A stretch of 64,000 nucleotides of DNA from NCBI GenBank assembly GCA_044440125.1, contig JBITAJ010000022.1:160001-224000 (forward strand). The letters run 5' to 3'. This document shows positions 19,447 to 30,342 of this stretch, one piece after another. The translations under genes were made by a program, and so were the position numbers. Origin of the DNA: Sedimentisphaeraceae bacterium JB056. GTDB lineage: Bacteria; Planctomycetota; Phycisphaerae; Sedimentisphaerales; Sedimentisphaeraceae. The notes under the pieces are model-generated. The model saw only the letters and a program-made list of their open reading frames with translations. It made no database searches and was not told the DNA's origin. Each line of letters opens with the position of its first letter. The first letter of the stretch is position 1.

Positions 19447-21438
19447 TTATTTAACAGTATCTTCTTCTTTTATATATACGTATTTATATTCTTCAGCAAA
19501 AGGCTCAAACGGTTTTCCGCCGCCTTCAAGAAATTTTGGGAAAAACTCTACGAACTGCAAACGCATTGAGTGAACAAAAGCACCAAGCAGCGACTGCAAT
19601 ACATTGAATATATGTCCGCAAACAAGGAATATTATCGCAAGTATCGGACCTACATACGGCGTATCACCAATGATACCGGCAATAATATTAACAGCCATTG
19701 CAACACCGCCGGTTGCCATTCCAAGAGCCATCAACCTTAAATAACTCAACAAGTCACCAAGATAGAAAATAGCACTGAAAAGGTTATAAGATCCCATACC
19801 GATTCTTGCTCCTATTCCACCTTCCCTATGGCTCAAGAACAGTATCATTGCCGCCGATACATATATCAGCAATACGGCAACTTTTCCCACCACTGGTGAA
19901 AGGTAGCCGGCTTTAGAAGCCGCCATGACCAGGAAAGAATTAAGCATCACAAGCCACGTAAGTTTATCGCAAACAGCGGCAAATAATCCATTGTTCTTCA
20001 GTATATTGAAAAATCCAACAACAAGACCGATCATTATCTGCAGATACCCAAGTATTATACTCATAACCAGGAAGGTCATTGGGTCCTCAAGCGGATTAAA
20101 CCAGGTTGTCTTCTGAATAAAAGTCTCAAGCCAGCCTATATTAAATTTCTGTGCCGCATCAAGCAGTGTACTGCCAAACCATCCACCTGTCATAGCACCG
20201 GCAAAAACAGTCAATACCGAGCAGATCAGCAGGAGTTTCATAAAGCTCTTCCCGGTCTGCATTTTTCTCATCATATAGATGGAAACACCAATCATCAGCA
20301 AACCATACCCTGCATCAGTAAGACACAGCGCAAAGAATATTGCAAAGAAAGGCGCAAGTACAACTGTAGGATCAACCTCAAAATATTGCGGTTTTCCATA
20401 TAAATTTGTTATGATCTCAAACGGCTTGGCCCATTTCTTATTCTCAATCTCAACAGGAACCTGTTCATCCGGCTCGGGTTCTATTGGGCAAACACTTGAT
20501 GCATCAAAGTCCATCACGATTTCTTTGAGCCTGTGCATATCATCTTTTTTGACCCACCCCTCAAAAATTCGAGTCCGTTCTGTGATTCCTGCTTTGTTAT
20601 AAACTGAACCAGCTATACGTTTGTTCCCATAGTGGTCATACATCATCTCAAGTTCAAGCAAAGAATCGGCAAGCTTTGATGCCTGATGAGTAATATCCTT
20701 TTGTCTCTCATTCAGGAAATGAAGCTCTTTCTCAATTTTCTCAATATTTTCAGAGACGGAGCCTTCAAGCCCCTCAAAATTAATCGCCTCAAACTCTTCT
20801 GCCCTGAGAAGTTTATATACATCAGCAGAACTCTGCTTAAGAGTTACTATAATAAAATAAACTTGCGTCTTGGTCTCAGTTACAACCGTAACGCTTGCAC
20901 CATTTTGTCCATCATTCAGTTTTTCATTGAGTTTCTGCCAATTGTTAGCAGGAACCATTCCGGAAAAAACATCTACACTTTCAAGCGAATTCAAATTAGC
21001 AAGATCATCCTCTAAAGATGTCCAAGGCCTTAAAGAATTAAGCTTGGCGTTGAGATTATCCTGCTCGCTGCTTATCTTCGTAAGCTCATTGTTGAGCTCT
21101 GTAGCTTTGCTTAAAACGGCATCAGTCTTCTCAGACTCGACATTTTCCTGATACTCATAACTGTCAACAACAACTCGCGGAGCCAGCAGAGTAGCCAGAG
21201 GCTTACCCTTATGGTGCTGCTTGAGAAAAGTTATCGCTTTGTCCAGTTTTTGAAAAGTTTCCTCAGTATCACGGTCTCGTTTCACCTGAGGCTTCAATTC
21301 TTCATCAGCCTTCAAAACCGTAGAAGACTCTTCATCCAGTATATGGAGAATTCCAGCCTTCTGAATGCTCTTTAAGAGATTTTCAGATTGCGACTGATGA
21401 CTAATTATCAATATCTTTTGAACTCCGGCTACTGCCAT
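19447..21438 (-). CDS. atpI: V/A-type ATP synthase subunit I/a
   Basis: YG.P.Y.EVDPT, DAGYG, SYLRLMALG, HSMRLQFVEFF.KF. Confidence 0.96.
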   Translation of the reverse strand: MAVAGVQKILIISHQSQSENLLKSIQKAGILHILDEESSTVLKADEELKPQVKRDRDTEETFQKLDKAITFLKQHHKGKPLATLLAPRVVVDSYEYQENVESEKTDAVLSKATELNNELTKISSEQDNLNAKLNSLRPWTSLEDDLANLNSLESVDVFSGMVPANNWQKLNEKLNDGQNGASVTVVTETKTQVYFIIVTLKQSSADVYKLLRAEEFEAINFEGLEGSVSENIEKIEKELHFLNERQKDITHQASKLADSLLELEMMYDHYGNKRIAGSVYNKAGITERTRIFEGWVKKDDMHRLKEIVMDFDASSVCPIEPEPDEQVPVEIENKKWAKPFEIITNLYGKPQYFEVDPTVVLAPFFAIFFALCLTDAGYGLLMIGVSIYMMRKMQTGKSFMKLLLICSVLTVFAGAMTGGWFGSTLLDAAQKFNIGWLETFIQKTTWFNPLEDPMTFLVMSIILGYLQIMIGLVVGFFNILKNNGLFAAVCDKLTWLVMLNSFLVMAASKAGYLSPVVGKVAVLLIYVSAAMILFLSHREGGIGARIGMGSYNLFSAIFYLGDLLSYLRLMALGMATGGVAMAVNIIAGIIGDTPYVGPILAIIFLVCGHIFNVLQSLLGAFVHSMRLQFVEFFPKFLEGGGKPFEPFAEEYKYVYIKEEDTVK

Positions 21439-21459
21439 TGTCAGACCTCATACTTCTCT

Positions 21460-21777
21460 TTAATTTTCAGCCAGAGAATTCACAAACCCTGTAACTTTTT
21501 CAACAGCATCATTTAATGACTGTCCAGTTTTACTGTTGATATCCTGGCATATTTTATTCGACTCCATCTCAAGAGATGAAGCCTGCATAGAAGCTTCATT
21601 ATCGGCATCATCAACGGCTTTTTCAATCGTCTCGCGTCTTACAGACCTTCTATCTTCAAGCGATTGAGCCCGTTGTTTCTTTGCCTGCTCAGTAATTTCC
21701 GCAGCCTTCTCTTTGGCCTCAGAAACTATCTCTTTAGCTTGCTTTTCCGCTTCTTTGATTTCCTTAATTATTTCCAT
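21460..21777 (-). CDS. V/A-type ATP synthase subunit G/H (peripheral stalk)
   Basis: IKEIKEAEKQA coiled coil; first gene of the operon. Confidence 0.8.
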   Translation of the reverse strand: MEIIKEIKEAEKQAKEIVSEAKEKAAEITEQAKKQRAQSLEDRRSVRRETIEKAVDDADNEASMQASSLEMESNKICQDINSKTGQSLNDAVEKVTGFVNSLAEN

Positions 21778-21812
21778 AGTTTATCCCATAACTCTTAAAT
21801 CAACCATAAAGT

Positions 21813-21840
21813 ATCATACTCAATAAGAATAGCATTTCAA
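21813..21840 (-). promoter_or_regulatory. Putative promoter of the ATPase operon
   Basis: TTGAAA-N16-TATGAT. Confidence 0.5.
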
Positions 21841-21900
21841 GTCTTTATCGATTTTTTAACAATTAGCTTGTTGTACATTTAACTTTAACCCAATATAAAA

Positions 21901-22584
21901 CTAAGATACTATCATCTCACAATGTTTCATAGCAAGAATTATCTGGTCTGCTACCTGCTCTGCAGTAAATACAGAATTATCCAAGGTCATGTTAAAAGCA
22001 GGAGTCTTTGGATTAGCCTGCGAATAAGTTTGCCTTAGATAATGCCTTGTCCGTTCAACTTCTTTAAGTCTCTCGGCAGCCATATCCTTGCTCAGCTGCT
22101 CTCTGCGACAAACCCTCTGAAGCCTCCAACTCTCAGGAGCTTCTATTCTTACACTAAGACCGTTCTCCATATCAGCAGTTGCCGCCGCACCACCCTGGCC
22201 AACAATTATCGAGTGACCCTCAACGGCAATCTTACGAACTATCGCCGCAATCTGACTTCTTACCTGAAAAGTATCAGGAGCAGAATTCACACGGACGTTT
22301 TTTAAAATTTCATAAAGAAAACCAGTTTTCTCAGTCCTTGCCTTCTCAATGGCTTCCACAGAATAGCCAGATTCATCTGCAAGTTTTCTCAGTATTTCCT
22401 TACGATATACTTTCCACTTCTTCGCATCGTCCATCTCATTAAGTTTATTGGCGAGTATATCAGCAAGCTCATACCCTGAGCACCCGAATTCACGAGATAT
22501 TGTCACAAAAGGTCCCATTTTAGGCTTTGCACCACTACCCGGTGAATTCTCTTTTATATAACCCTTAAGTGTTGGTCTGTCCAT
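21901..22584 (-). CDS. Cytidylate kinase-like family protein
   Basis: VTISREFGCSG P-loop-like motif, IIVGQGG, RIEAP..WR. Confidence 0.8.
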   Translation of the reverse strand: MDRPTLKGYIKENSPGSGAKPKMGPFVTISREFGCSGYELADILANKLNEMDDAKKWKVYRKEILRKLADESGYSVEAIEKARTEKTGFLYEILKNVRVNSAPDTFQVRSQIAAIVRKIAVEGHSIIVGQGGAAATADMENGLSVRIEAPESWRLQRVCRREQLSKDMAAERLKEVERTRHYLRQTYSQANPKTPAFNMTLDNSVFTAEQVADQIILAMKHCEMIVS

Positions 22585-22747
22585 ATCTGCTCCTTCGCTC
22601 TATATGAAATTAGTACACATTGGCATTATAACACTTTTAATATATGAAACCAGAAAAAAACACTTTCTTTATAAGCAATAAGCCTGCTAATAAAACACAA
22701 ACAAACCACTACAAACACAAACAAACACTTATTATTTGTGATTCAGT

Positions 22748-24079
22748 TTATTTGTATAATATTTGCCCTGTCTCAGTCATCAGTTCTAACAAATCAAGAC
22801 GATACCTAATCAGGCTTGAGGCAACTGCACCAGAGGCACGAACAAGATCACGCTGGGATTCATTAAGCCTTGTAAGCGATTCAGTACCCGCCTTATACGA
22901 CTTCTCCACGTTATCTCTTATCTTTGAAGTCAATTCAAATGTCTCTTTGTAAAGAAGATAAATCTGATAAGAAGATGCAGCATTTGCCATTATGCCCCTT
23001 ATTGAAGACTGTATCTCCAATATTTTATTATTCTTTTGAGCCTTAAGCTGTCTAACCAAGGCTTCTGCATTTTTAACATCAGCATATCTTCGGCTACCGG
23101 TATAAAGATTCCACCTTGCTGCAATACCAATATAGCTTCGATGCTCATCTTGGTCAACAGCAGCAATATCATCCTGATCAAGATACTCAAAACCACCAAA
23201 CACCGATAAAGCCGGACTATACGCTGCCTTATTTTGTCTTACAAGCTGCCGGGCTTCCATTACAGATGCGTTTAAAGCCTTCAAATCGGGACGATTAGCG
23301 ACAGCCAAAGCGATTTGCGTATCAATATTCTCTGTCGGTTTGCTAATCTTCGAATCAGTTCTTACAGGATACATGTCCGCCTGAAGCTTTGCATCAGGCA
23401 ATGCCATAAGCCTTGCGAGAACAGTAGCCGCAACTTCAAAGCCTCGCTGGGAATCAACATAATCAGCTTTTGCTTCTATTGCTTTGACAGTAAAATTAAG
23501 CATTTCAGATTCAGGTGCAACACCAACCTGCCAGCGTTTCCTTGAATCATCCTCAAGCCTCTTATTAAAAGTCATATTCTCATCTGCTATTACCATTTGT
23601 TCAACAGAAAGCTGCGCCTGATAAAAGGCTGTTGAAACAGCCTGAACAAGAAGTCTTTGAGTATCCTTCAATAGTTCTTCATTTCTTTCTACGCCATATT
23701 TAGCCCCCAGAATCCTTGCCTCTCTGGCAAAACCGTCAAAAAGAAGCCAATTTATTTGAATACCCGCAGAATTCTGCTTAAAAGAATCATGTGCCCTTAC
23801 AGAAGGATTCCAATCTAATTGCTCAACACCATCATATAAGCTTGCAGTTGCATTAGCAGATACAACCGGCAAAAGCGAGGACTTTGCACCTCGAAGCAAT
23901 TGCTCTGCTGCAACAATACCTTCAAGAGCTTGCTCAATACCTGGGTTATTCTCAAGTGCCAATTCTCGCGCCTGAGAGCAAGTCAAATTACCAACTGGAA
24001 TATTACGATTTTGTTGCGGATACGAAACCCCTGCAACAAACAATATTATCAACAAAAGTATTTTAGTTTTCATATTCAC
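22748..24079 (-). CDS. TolC family outer-membrane efflux protein
   Basis: Signal peptide; A..NNP, LLP, W.LFDG and ANRPDL repeats; adjacent to RND gene. Confidence 0.9.
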   Translation of the reverse strand: MNMKTKILLLIILFVAGVSYPQQNRNIPVGNLTCSQARELALENNPGIEQALEGIVAAEQLLRGAKSSLLPVVSANATASLYDGVEQLDWNPSVRAHDSFKQNSAGIQINWLLFDGFAREARILGAKYGVERNEELLKDTQRLLVQAVSTAFYQAQLSVEQMVIADENMTFNKRLEDDSRKRWQVGVAPESEMLNFTVKAIEAKADYVDSQRGFEVAATVLARLMALPDAKLQADMYPVRTDSKISKPTENIDTQIALAVANRPDLKALNASVMEARQLVRQNKAAYSPALSVFGGFEYLDQDDIAAVDQDEHRSYIGIAARWNLYTGSRRYADVKNAEALVRQLKAQKNNKILEIQSSIRGIMANAASSYQIYLLYKETFELTSKIRDNVEKSYKAGTESLTRLNESQRDLVRASGAVASSLIRYRLDLLELMTETGQILYK

Positions 24080-24083
24080 TCCG

Positions 24084-27000
24084 TCAAAGATGTTCTGATT
24101 CAGCTTTAACTTTATAAACTATCGAATAAGTTACCGGGACAACGATAAGCGTTAGGAATGTTGCAACAAAGAGCCCACCCATTATCGTAGCTGCCATAGC
24201 CGCATAAAGAGGATCGGTTACAAGCGGTGACATTCCAAGTATTGTAGTACCTGAAGCCATGATTACAGGTCGCATACGACTTACAGATGAATCAAGGATT
24301 GCTTTATAGGGAGCCTTACCTGCCTGAAGATCAAGTTCAACCTGATCAATCAATACAATCGCATTTTTGATCAGCATTCCGGAAAGCCCAAGAAATCCGA
24401 GTATTGACATAAAACCGAATGCAAGGTTTGTAGCCCAAAGTCCAAGAAATACGCCTATAATTGAAAGAGGTACTGTCAAAAATATTATCAGAGGCCGCCG
24501 AACTGAATTGAACAGCCAAACGACAATAACAAACATTCCAATCACACATATCGGAAAAATTTTCTGTAGAGGTTCCTGACCATCCACTGACTCCTCATAC
24601 TCTCCACCCCATTCCATAGTGTATCCGACAGGAAGCTCTATCGCTTCTATCTGTTTTAACATCGCATTTCTAACTGGATCAGCCAACCCTTTGACAGGAT
24701 TGCACTGTACAGTAACAGTAGACCGCCTGTTACGTCTTTGTACCAGAGGCCACTCCCACTGAGGCTTAACTCCCGTTACAACCTGCTTAATCGGTACAAA
24801 TGTACTGTAAGCCGAACTCCAGACCTGTACATTCTCAATATTCTCTATTGTTTTTCTGTCTTTTTCAGAAGCACGTGAAACTATAGGTATAAGCTCATCA
24901 GCTTCCCTGTAGAGTCCTACTGCAACACCGTTAAAGTTCCACTGCAGCGACTGGGAAAGATCGCTTCTTGTAACCCCGACATTTCTCGCCTGTGTTTCAG
25001 AGAAGTCTGGACGAATGGTACGCACCATTTGCCGCCAGTCAGTCCTTACATCCCTTGTATTGCCAGTTTTCCTCATTACATCCATCGCTTCTTTGCTGAG
25101 CCGGTTAAGTACATCAATATCTGGACCACTAAACCGTACTTCAATCAAATATGCCATTGATGGGCCGCTTATAATCTTAGAACAATAAGGCTCTGAGTCC
25201 GGGTAATTCTCTGCAAGATAACTGTCAGTCTTCTCTATTAAAGAGTCAATATTCCGATAGTCATCAACCTCAACAAGAAGCTGGCCATAGCTTGAATTTC
25301 GACTCTCGTATTCGTAGTTAAGCACGAATCTCAATGAACCCTCACCAACAAAAGTAGTTACATTCTCGACACCCTCAAAATCAGAGACATTTCTCTCAAT
25401 TTTCTTAAGATCATCAGAAGTATGGCTTATATGAGTTCCTTGCGGAGTCCAGTAATTAACATAAAAATATCTCTGCATTGAAGATGGGAAAAATGCCTTT
25501 GGAATACTCTTAAAACCTGCCATTGCAAGCACAAGTATTCCCACTGTAATAGCCACTGTTATATAACGATGTTTAATCGTATGATGCAGCAAGCCGCGAT
25601 ACATTCGGAACATTTTTTTATCGTAAGGATTAAATCCTTCTTCGACATCAGGAATTTTTAGAAACCATACGCAAAATAAAGGAGTTACAGTAACAGCAAG
25701 CACCCAGCTTGTAAGCAGAGAAATAGCCATTACATAGAAAAGGCTTCGACAGAATTCACCAACATTTCCTGGAGCAAAACCTATTGCGGCAAAAGCAAGG
25801 ACAGCCACAAAAGTAGCACCAAGCAACGGCCACATTGTATCCCTGACAACATCAACCGCCGCTTCCTCTCGGCTTTCACCTTTTTCAACTCTCACTAAAA
25901 TACCATCTGCAACAACAATCGCATTGTCAACAAGCATGCCAAGTGCAAGAATGAGAGCGCCAAGTGAAATTTTCTGTAAATCGATATCCATTATAAGCAT
26001 ACCGATAAAAGTACAAAGTATAGTAAGAAGCAATATGACTCCTATGAGACAACCACTCTGCCATCCCATAAACAGCATCAGAAGTACCACAACAATAACT
26101 ACAGCTTCTACTAAATTGATTACAAAATTATCAACAGACTTTGTTACGATTTCACTTTGATAATATATGGGATTAAGCTTCATGCCCTCAGGAATCTCAG
26201 GCTCAAGCTGTTTAAGCTTTTCCTTTACAGCCTGTCCCATTGTAACAACATTACCACCATCAACTGTTGATATTCCAATACCTATACACTTCTTGCCATT
26301 GAACCTCATTACATTTCTTGGAGGATCAACATAATCTCTGTATATATTTGCAATATCACCAAGTCTGACCAAGCTGTCTGAGGAGCCGACATAAAGATCA
26401 GCAATAACCTGTTCGCTCTCGAAATCACCAGTTGGTGTTATCCGCATATACTCTTTGTCAACATCAACTTGGCCGCTTTGCTGAACAATATTCTGATTCT
26501 GAATAGTCGAATATATCTGCTGAGGCGAAACCCCAAGCTCAGCTATTTTAGAACGATCAAACTCAACATAGATGACTTCCTGACGCAGTCCCCAAAAATC
26601 AATTTTGGCAACGTCATGACAAAAGAGCAATTCTTTTTTGATACTGTCAGCATAATCTTTAAGCTCGGCATAAGAGTGGCCCTCACCTGTAAGAGCAAAA
26701 TACACGCCATATACATCACCAAAATCATCATTAACGATTGACGGACCTGCTCCAGGTGGAAGCAAACCCTGACAATCATTTACTTTACGCCTCAGTTCAT
26801 CCCATATCTGCGGTAACTCCCCTGCTAAAAATTCGTCTTTCATATCTACATAAACTATTGAAAGACCTTCCTGCGAAGTAGAGTATATCTCTTTTACCTG
26901 GCCCATTTGCTGGATAGCTTCTTCGATTACATCAGTAACCTCTTCCTCTACCTCAGAAGGGCTTGCACCAGGGTAAGAAGTAGCTACAAGAGCCGTCTTA

Positions 27001-27134
27001 ATTGTGAAATTAGGATCTTCGAGCTGCCCAAGATTTCCGAAAGCCCATATTCCGCCGCCAATCGCCATTAAGGTCATTACAACCATGACAGTCCGCTTAC
27101 GTAGGGCAAAAACTGCTGGATTCATATTATTCAA
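24084..27134 (-). CDS. RND efflux permease (AcrB/AcrD/AcrF family)
   Basis: YPGASP.EVE, LVDNAIVV, KNAIVL, RMRPV. Confidence 0.95.
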   Translation of the reverse strand: MNNMNPAVFALRKRTVMVVMTLMAIGGGIWAFGNLGQLEDPNFTIKTALVATSYPGASPSEVEEEVTDVIEEAIQQMGQVKEIYSTSQEGLSIVYVDMKDEFLAGELPQIWDELRRKVNDCQGLLPPGAGPSIVNDDFGDVYGVYFALTGEGHSYAELKDYADSIKKELLFCHDVAKIDFWGLRQEVIYVEFDRSKIAELGVSPQQIYSTIQNQNIVQQSGQVDVDKEYMRITPTGDFESEQVIADLYVGSSDSLVRLGDIANIYRDYVDPPRNVMRFNGKKCIGIGISTVDGGNVVTMGQAVKEKLKQLEPEIPEGMKLNPIYYQSEIVTKSVDNFVINLVEAVVIVVVLLMLFMGWQSGCLIGVILLLTILCTFIGMLIMDIDLQKISLGALILALGMLVDNAIVVADGILVRVEKGESREEAAVDVVRDTMWPLLGATFVAVLAFAAIGFAPGNVGEFCRSLFYVMAISLLTSWVLAVTVTPLFCVWFLKIPDVEEGFNPYDKKMFRMYRGLLHHTIKHRYITVAITVGILVLAMAGFKSIPKAFFPSSMQRYFYVNYWTPQGTHISHTSDDLKKIERNVSDFEGVENVTTFVGEGSLRFVLNYEYESRNSSYGQLLVEVDDYRNIDSLIEKTDSYLAENYPDSEPYCSKIISGPSMAYLIEVRFSGPDIDVLNRLSKEAMDVMRKTGNTRDVRTDWRQMVRTIRPDFSETQARNVGVTRSDLSQSLQWNFNGVAVGLYREADELIPIVSRASEKDRKTIENIENVQVWSSAYSTFVPIKQVVTGVKPQWEWPLVQRRNRRSTVTVQCNPVKGLADPVRNAMLKQIEAIELPVGYTMEWGGEYEESVDGQEPLQKIFPICVIGMFVIVVWLFNSVRRPLIIFLTVPLSIIGVFLGLWATNLAFGFMSILGFLGLSGMLIKNAIVLIDQVELDLQAGKAPYKAILDSSVSRMRPVIMASGTTILGMSPLVTDPLYAAMAATIMGGLFVATFLTLIVVPVTYSIVYKVKAESEHL

Positions 27135-27151
27135 TACCTTTGCTGCCTATC

Positions 27152-28249
27152 TCAGTTAGTAGTATTTATCGGATCAAGTATCATATCAGATGTTATATAA
27201 TCAACACCTTCAATAACTATCTTATCACTTGGCTTGAGACCTTTTACCACCCTTACTTTAGAAGAGCCAACAAGCCCGTCAAGCTCAACTTCAGTAAACT
27301 TTGCCTTCTTAGCAACCTGATCATAAACCCAAACATTATTTTGTCCCTCCATTCCAGGTACGATTGCACTGACAGGCACAGTTGCAACTGCTTGAGGTAC
27401 AGTATCGCCGCCCCAATGGATTTCAGCTGTCATTCCTGGAAAAACCTGTACATTATCAGGAGCTTTCATACAGAAAGTAACACTGTATGTTCTTGTTATC
27501 TTATCAGCAGCGGTACTCCACTCCTTCAGCTCAGCTTCAAATTCACGAGATTTGATTGCCGGTAATTTTACAATCCCCGAAACACCTTTCTTAATCAAAA
27601 GAGAAACTATTTCATTCTCTGGTATCCTTGCCTCTATCTCAAGAACCGCAATTTTGTGCATTTTAAGCACAACCTGACCGGCTTCTATCATTTCATAGTT
27701 TTCTACAAGCTGATCTGTAATAATACCATCATAAGGAGCCCTTAAAGAAGTATCTTCAAGTTTATGATCAGCAATCTGAAGCTGTGCAGTGATTGCCTTA
27801 ACCTGAGCAATCGCTGTGTCCTTTAGATTCTTGGCGCTATCATAATCTGCCTGCGGAATAACTTTTTGATTCCATAACTTGACAGCCCTTTCAAAATCCC
27901 TGTTTGCCTTTTCACACGCAGACTCCGCTGATGCAAGAGAAGCCTTAAGCACTTCGATATTATCAAGAAAGTCGCGACTATCTATCTGCATCAAAACATC
28001 ACCGGATTTAACCTCGTCACCCGGCGAAACATTAACGCTTACAAGCGGACCATCGACCCTGAAAGAAAGCTGCGTAGTATCAGAAGCTTTTATGCTGGCA
28101 GGATAGCAATTATTACCTTCGAGTTTCACCATAGATACATCTGCAACAACAACAGGCTTGGGGTCCTCCTGCTGAGCAGAACAGTAAGCAGCCAACCCCA
28201 TAACAACACAAAGCAAAAATCTTTTACATTTTGATATAAACATTCTCAT
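27152..28249 (-). CDS. RND periplasmic adaptor (MFP)
   Basis: LSFRVDG..V..G..VK.G, LRAPYDG, PGMTA. Confidence 0.92.
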   Translation of the reverse strand: MRMFISKCKRFLLCVVMGLAAYCSAQQEDPKPVVVADVSMVKLEGNNCYPASIKASDTTQLSFRVDGPLVSVNVSPGDEVKSGDVLMQIDSRDFLDNIEVLKASLASAESACEKANRDFERAVKLWNQKVIPQADYDSAKNLKDTAIAQVKAITAQLQIADHKLEDTSLRAPYDGIITDQLVENYEMIEAGQVVLKMHKIAVLEIEARIPENEIVSLLIKKGVSGIVKLPAIKSREFEAELKEWSTAADKITRTYSVTFCMKAPDNVQVFPGMTAEIHWGGDTVPQAVATVPVSAIVPGMEGQNNVWVYDQVAKKAKFTEVELDGLVGSSKVRVVKGLKPSDKIVIEGVDYITSDMILDPINTTN

Positions 28250-28254
28250 ATTAC

Positions 28255-28905
28255 CTATTTATCCAATTCATCTACAGGCAAACCAAGGATGAACTGCGTC
28301 TGCCTTGTTAAAATATCTTCCATATCTCTTAAATATTCTTCACTAAACTCATCAGATTCGAGACGTTCAAGAATAGTCTCATAATAATCTGCCTGAAAAA
28401 AGACAGGCGTACTCATCACGAGAAACCGAAGCACATATTGCTGTTGAGTCAAATCCGGTTTTATACGACTTATCAGTTCAATAACAGCATTTTCTTCATC
28501 CTGCACCATGCTATCGAGGACATTTTGAAGACCACATTTAAACTGAAATACCTGATAAACAACTCTCATGTGCCACCATGGACGTTTTTTATCAAAAGTA
28601 ACTCTAACATTACGTTTTATAACCGCCCTTACAGCATTCGCCTGACCTTCGGGAGTATCAAGCACATCTAAAAAAGGTGCAATAGCATCTTTAACCGAGA
28701 AACGATCACGAAAAATCATTACAGATTTGACAACCGCTTCAAAAAGAGCATTCTTACCACCAAAATGATAATGAATACTTCCAATATTGGCATTAGCCCT
28801 TTTAGCTATAGCCCTTGTCGAAACATTCGGAAATCCAATCTCTGCGGCCAATTCGCCTGCCGCATCAATCAAGTCATCACGAGTTTTTTCACTACTTGCA
28901 TACAT
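28255..28905 (-). CDS. TetR/AcrR family regulator
   Basis: HTH STRAIA..A.ANIGSIHYHFGGK; ATG at 28905 follows AGGTGG. Confidence 0.9.
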   Translation of the reverse strand: MYASSEKTRDDLIDAAGELAAEIGFPNVSTRAIAKRANANIGSIHYHFGGKNALFEAVVKSVMIFRDRFSVKDAIAPFLDVLDTPEGQANAVRAVIKRNVRVTFDKKRPWWHMRVVYQVFQFKCGLQNVLDSMVQDEENAVIELISRIKPDLTQQQYVLRFLVMSTPVFFQADYYETILERLESDEFSEEYLRDMEDILTRQTQFILGLPVDELDK

Positions 28906-28921
28906 AAAGACCACCTATTTA

Positions 28922-28973
28922 TTAATCACTTGACTAAATTTAACCAAAAGACCAAATTAAGTCAAATGATTAA
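28922..28973. promoter_or_regulatory. Inverted repeat overlapping the tetR-RND promoter (probable operator)
   Basis: 20-bp arms with 18/20 match and a 12-bp spacer; contains TTGACT-N17-TAAATT on the minus strand. Confidence 0.7.
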
Positions 28974-29016
28974 ATTTAAAAAAGAAAAATTCCCCAAAAA
29001 AAAATAACACGTAAAC

Positions 29017-30333
29017 TTAATCAGATTTTTTACCCGTCAATACGGCTGCAACTGAAAAAAGAACTGAAATAAGAAATGCAATTATAGAGAAAAGCTGTTT
29101 ATTAGAAGAGAAATTGGCATAAAGCCCTAAAGATCCACCCGTTACAATTGCAATATAAACGAATATTGGTTTAAGCTTAGTCTTTTTAGAGACAAGTATT
29201 GCAATGAACACAGGTGCAATAACACCACAATTAAAAACGCTGTATGATAGCAGTAAAGTCTTTATTATGTCAGCCTTTATCCACGCAACAGCCAAAGCTG
29301 CAACACCAATAAATAAAGTAACAATACGTATACTTTTAACACTCGTAAAGTTTTTAAACTGACCAGATACAATAGCCGACGAAGTAATCAGGCAGGTGTC
29401 AGCAGAAGAAATTATAGCCGACAACAACCCTAAGGAAAGCAATACCCCTACACCAGAAGGCAGTTTGTTACCAAGTATCCACACCAAAGCCTCCTGACCT
29501 TCAGGAATTTCACAAAACTTCCTCGCCCAAAGACCAATAGTAACAATCTCGACACTTATAAAAAATAGAATAAAGCCGGAAAAATAAGCTGATTTTTTTG
29601 CTATATTATTACTGCCTGCAGAAAAATAACGACTGAAAATATCAGGACCTATCAGAAACCCACTTCCCACAATAAGCATAAAGTAGGCTATATTACTAAT
29701 TCTAAATCCACTATCCTCATCAGGTAATGCGTAAATATTGAAACTCCAATTATTTTTGAAAAGAAAGGCAACTGTAAGCAAAATCCCAAAAACCATCATG
29801 AAAAACTGAATCATATCTGTCTTGAGTACAGAAAACTGCCCTCCAGCAACGCAATAACCAATTATCAGAAAAGAAGTAATAGCAAGAGAAGATGTGTAAC
29901 CCAAATCACAACAACCATCTATCAATTTTGCTGCAGCTATAAACTGGGCTGCAATTATACCTGTCCAGGCAATAACTATTACCAATGTTATCAGTTTCGC
30001 ACTGCCTACATCAATCAGTATTTTTGCAGCCTCTACAAGTGTTTTTGCACCTGTATCTCTAACTCTGGCCGCAACCCAAATTCCAGAAAAAAACAAGCCG
30101 ACAGCTCCACTTCCAAGCCACAACATAGCTGAAGGGCCACTTTTATAAGCAAGCTGCACAACTCCCATAGTAGCCGAGGCCCCAATGACACTGGCAAGAA
30201 TCGAAGAAGTTACCATTAGAGTCCCTCTTTTTCTTCCGGCCAAAACGAAATCATCAAAATTTTTCACCTTGCTAAAATCACTGAAGGCAACCCAAACGAT
30301 AAAAATCGCGTATATTATTAAAAATATGGACAT
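29017..30333 (-). CDS. Sodium:solute symporter (SSS)
   Basis: DFVLAGR, GGQFSVLKTDMIQF, SAIISSAD. Confidence 0.88.
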   Translation of the reverse strand: MSIFLIIYAIFIVWVAFSDFSKVKNFDDFVLAGRKRGTLMVTSSILASVIGASATMGVVQLAYKSGPSAMLWLGSGAVGLFFSGIWVAARVRDTGAKTLVEAAKILIDVGSAKLITLVIVIAWTGIIAAQFIAAAKLIDGCCDLGYTSSLAITSFLIIGYCVAGGQFSVLKTDMIQFFMMVFGILLTVAFLFKNNWSFNIYALPDEDSGFRISNIAYFMLIVGSGFLIGPDIFSRYFSAGSNNIAKKSAYFSGFILFFISVEIVTIGLWARKFCEIPEGQEALVWILGNKLPSGVGVLLSLGLLSAIISSADTCLITSSAIVSGQFKNFTSVKSIRIVTLFIGVAALAVAWIKADIIKTLLLSYSVFNCGVIAPVFIAILVSKKTKLKPIFVYIAIVTGGSLGLYANFSSNKQLFSIIAFLISVLFSVAAVLTGKKSD

Positions 30334-30342
30334 AATAGATTA

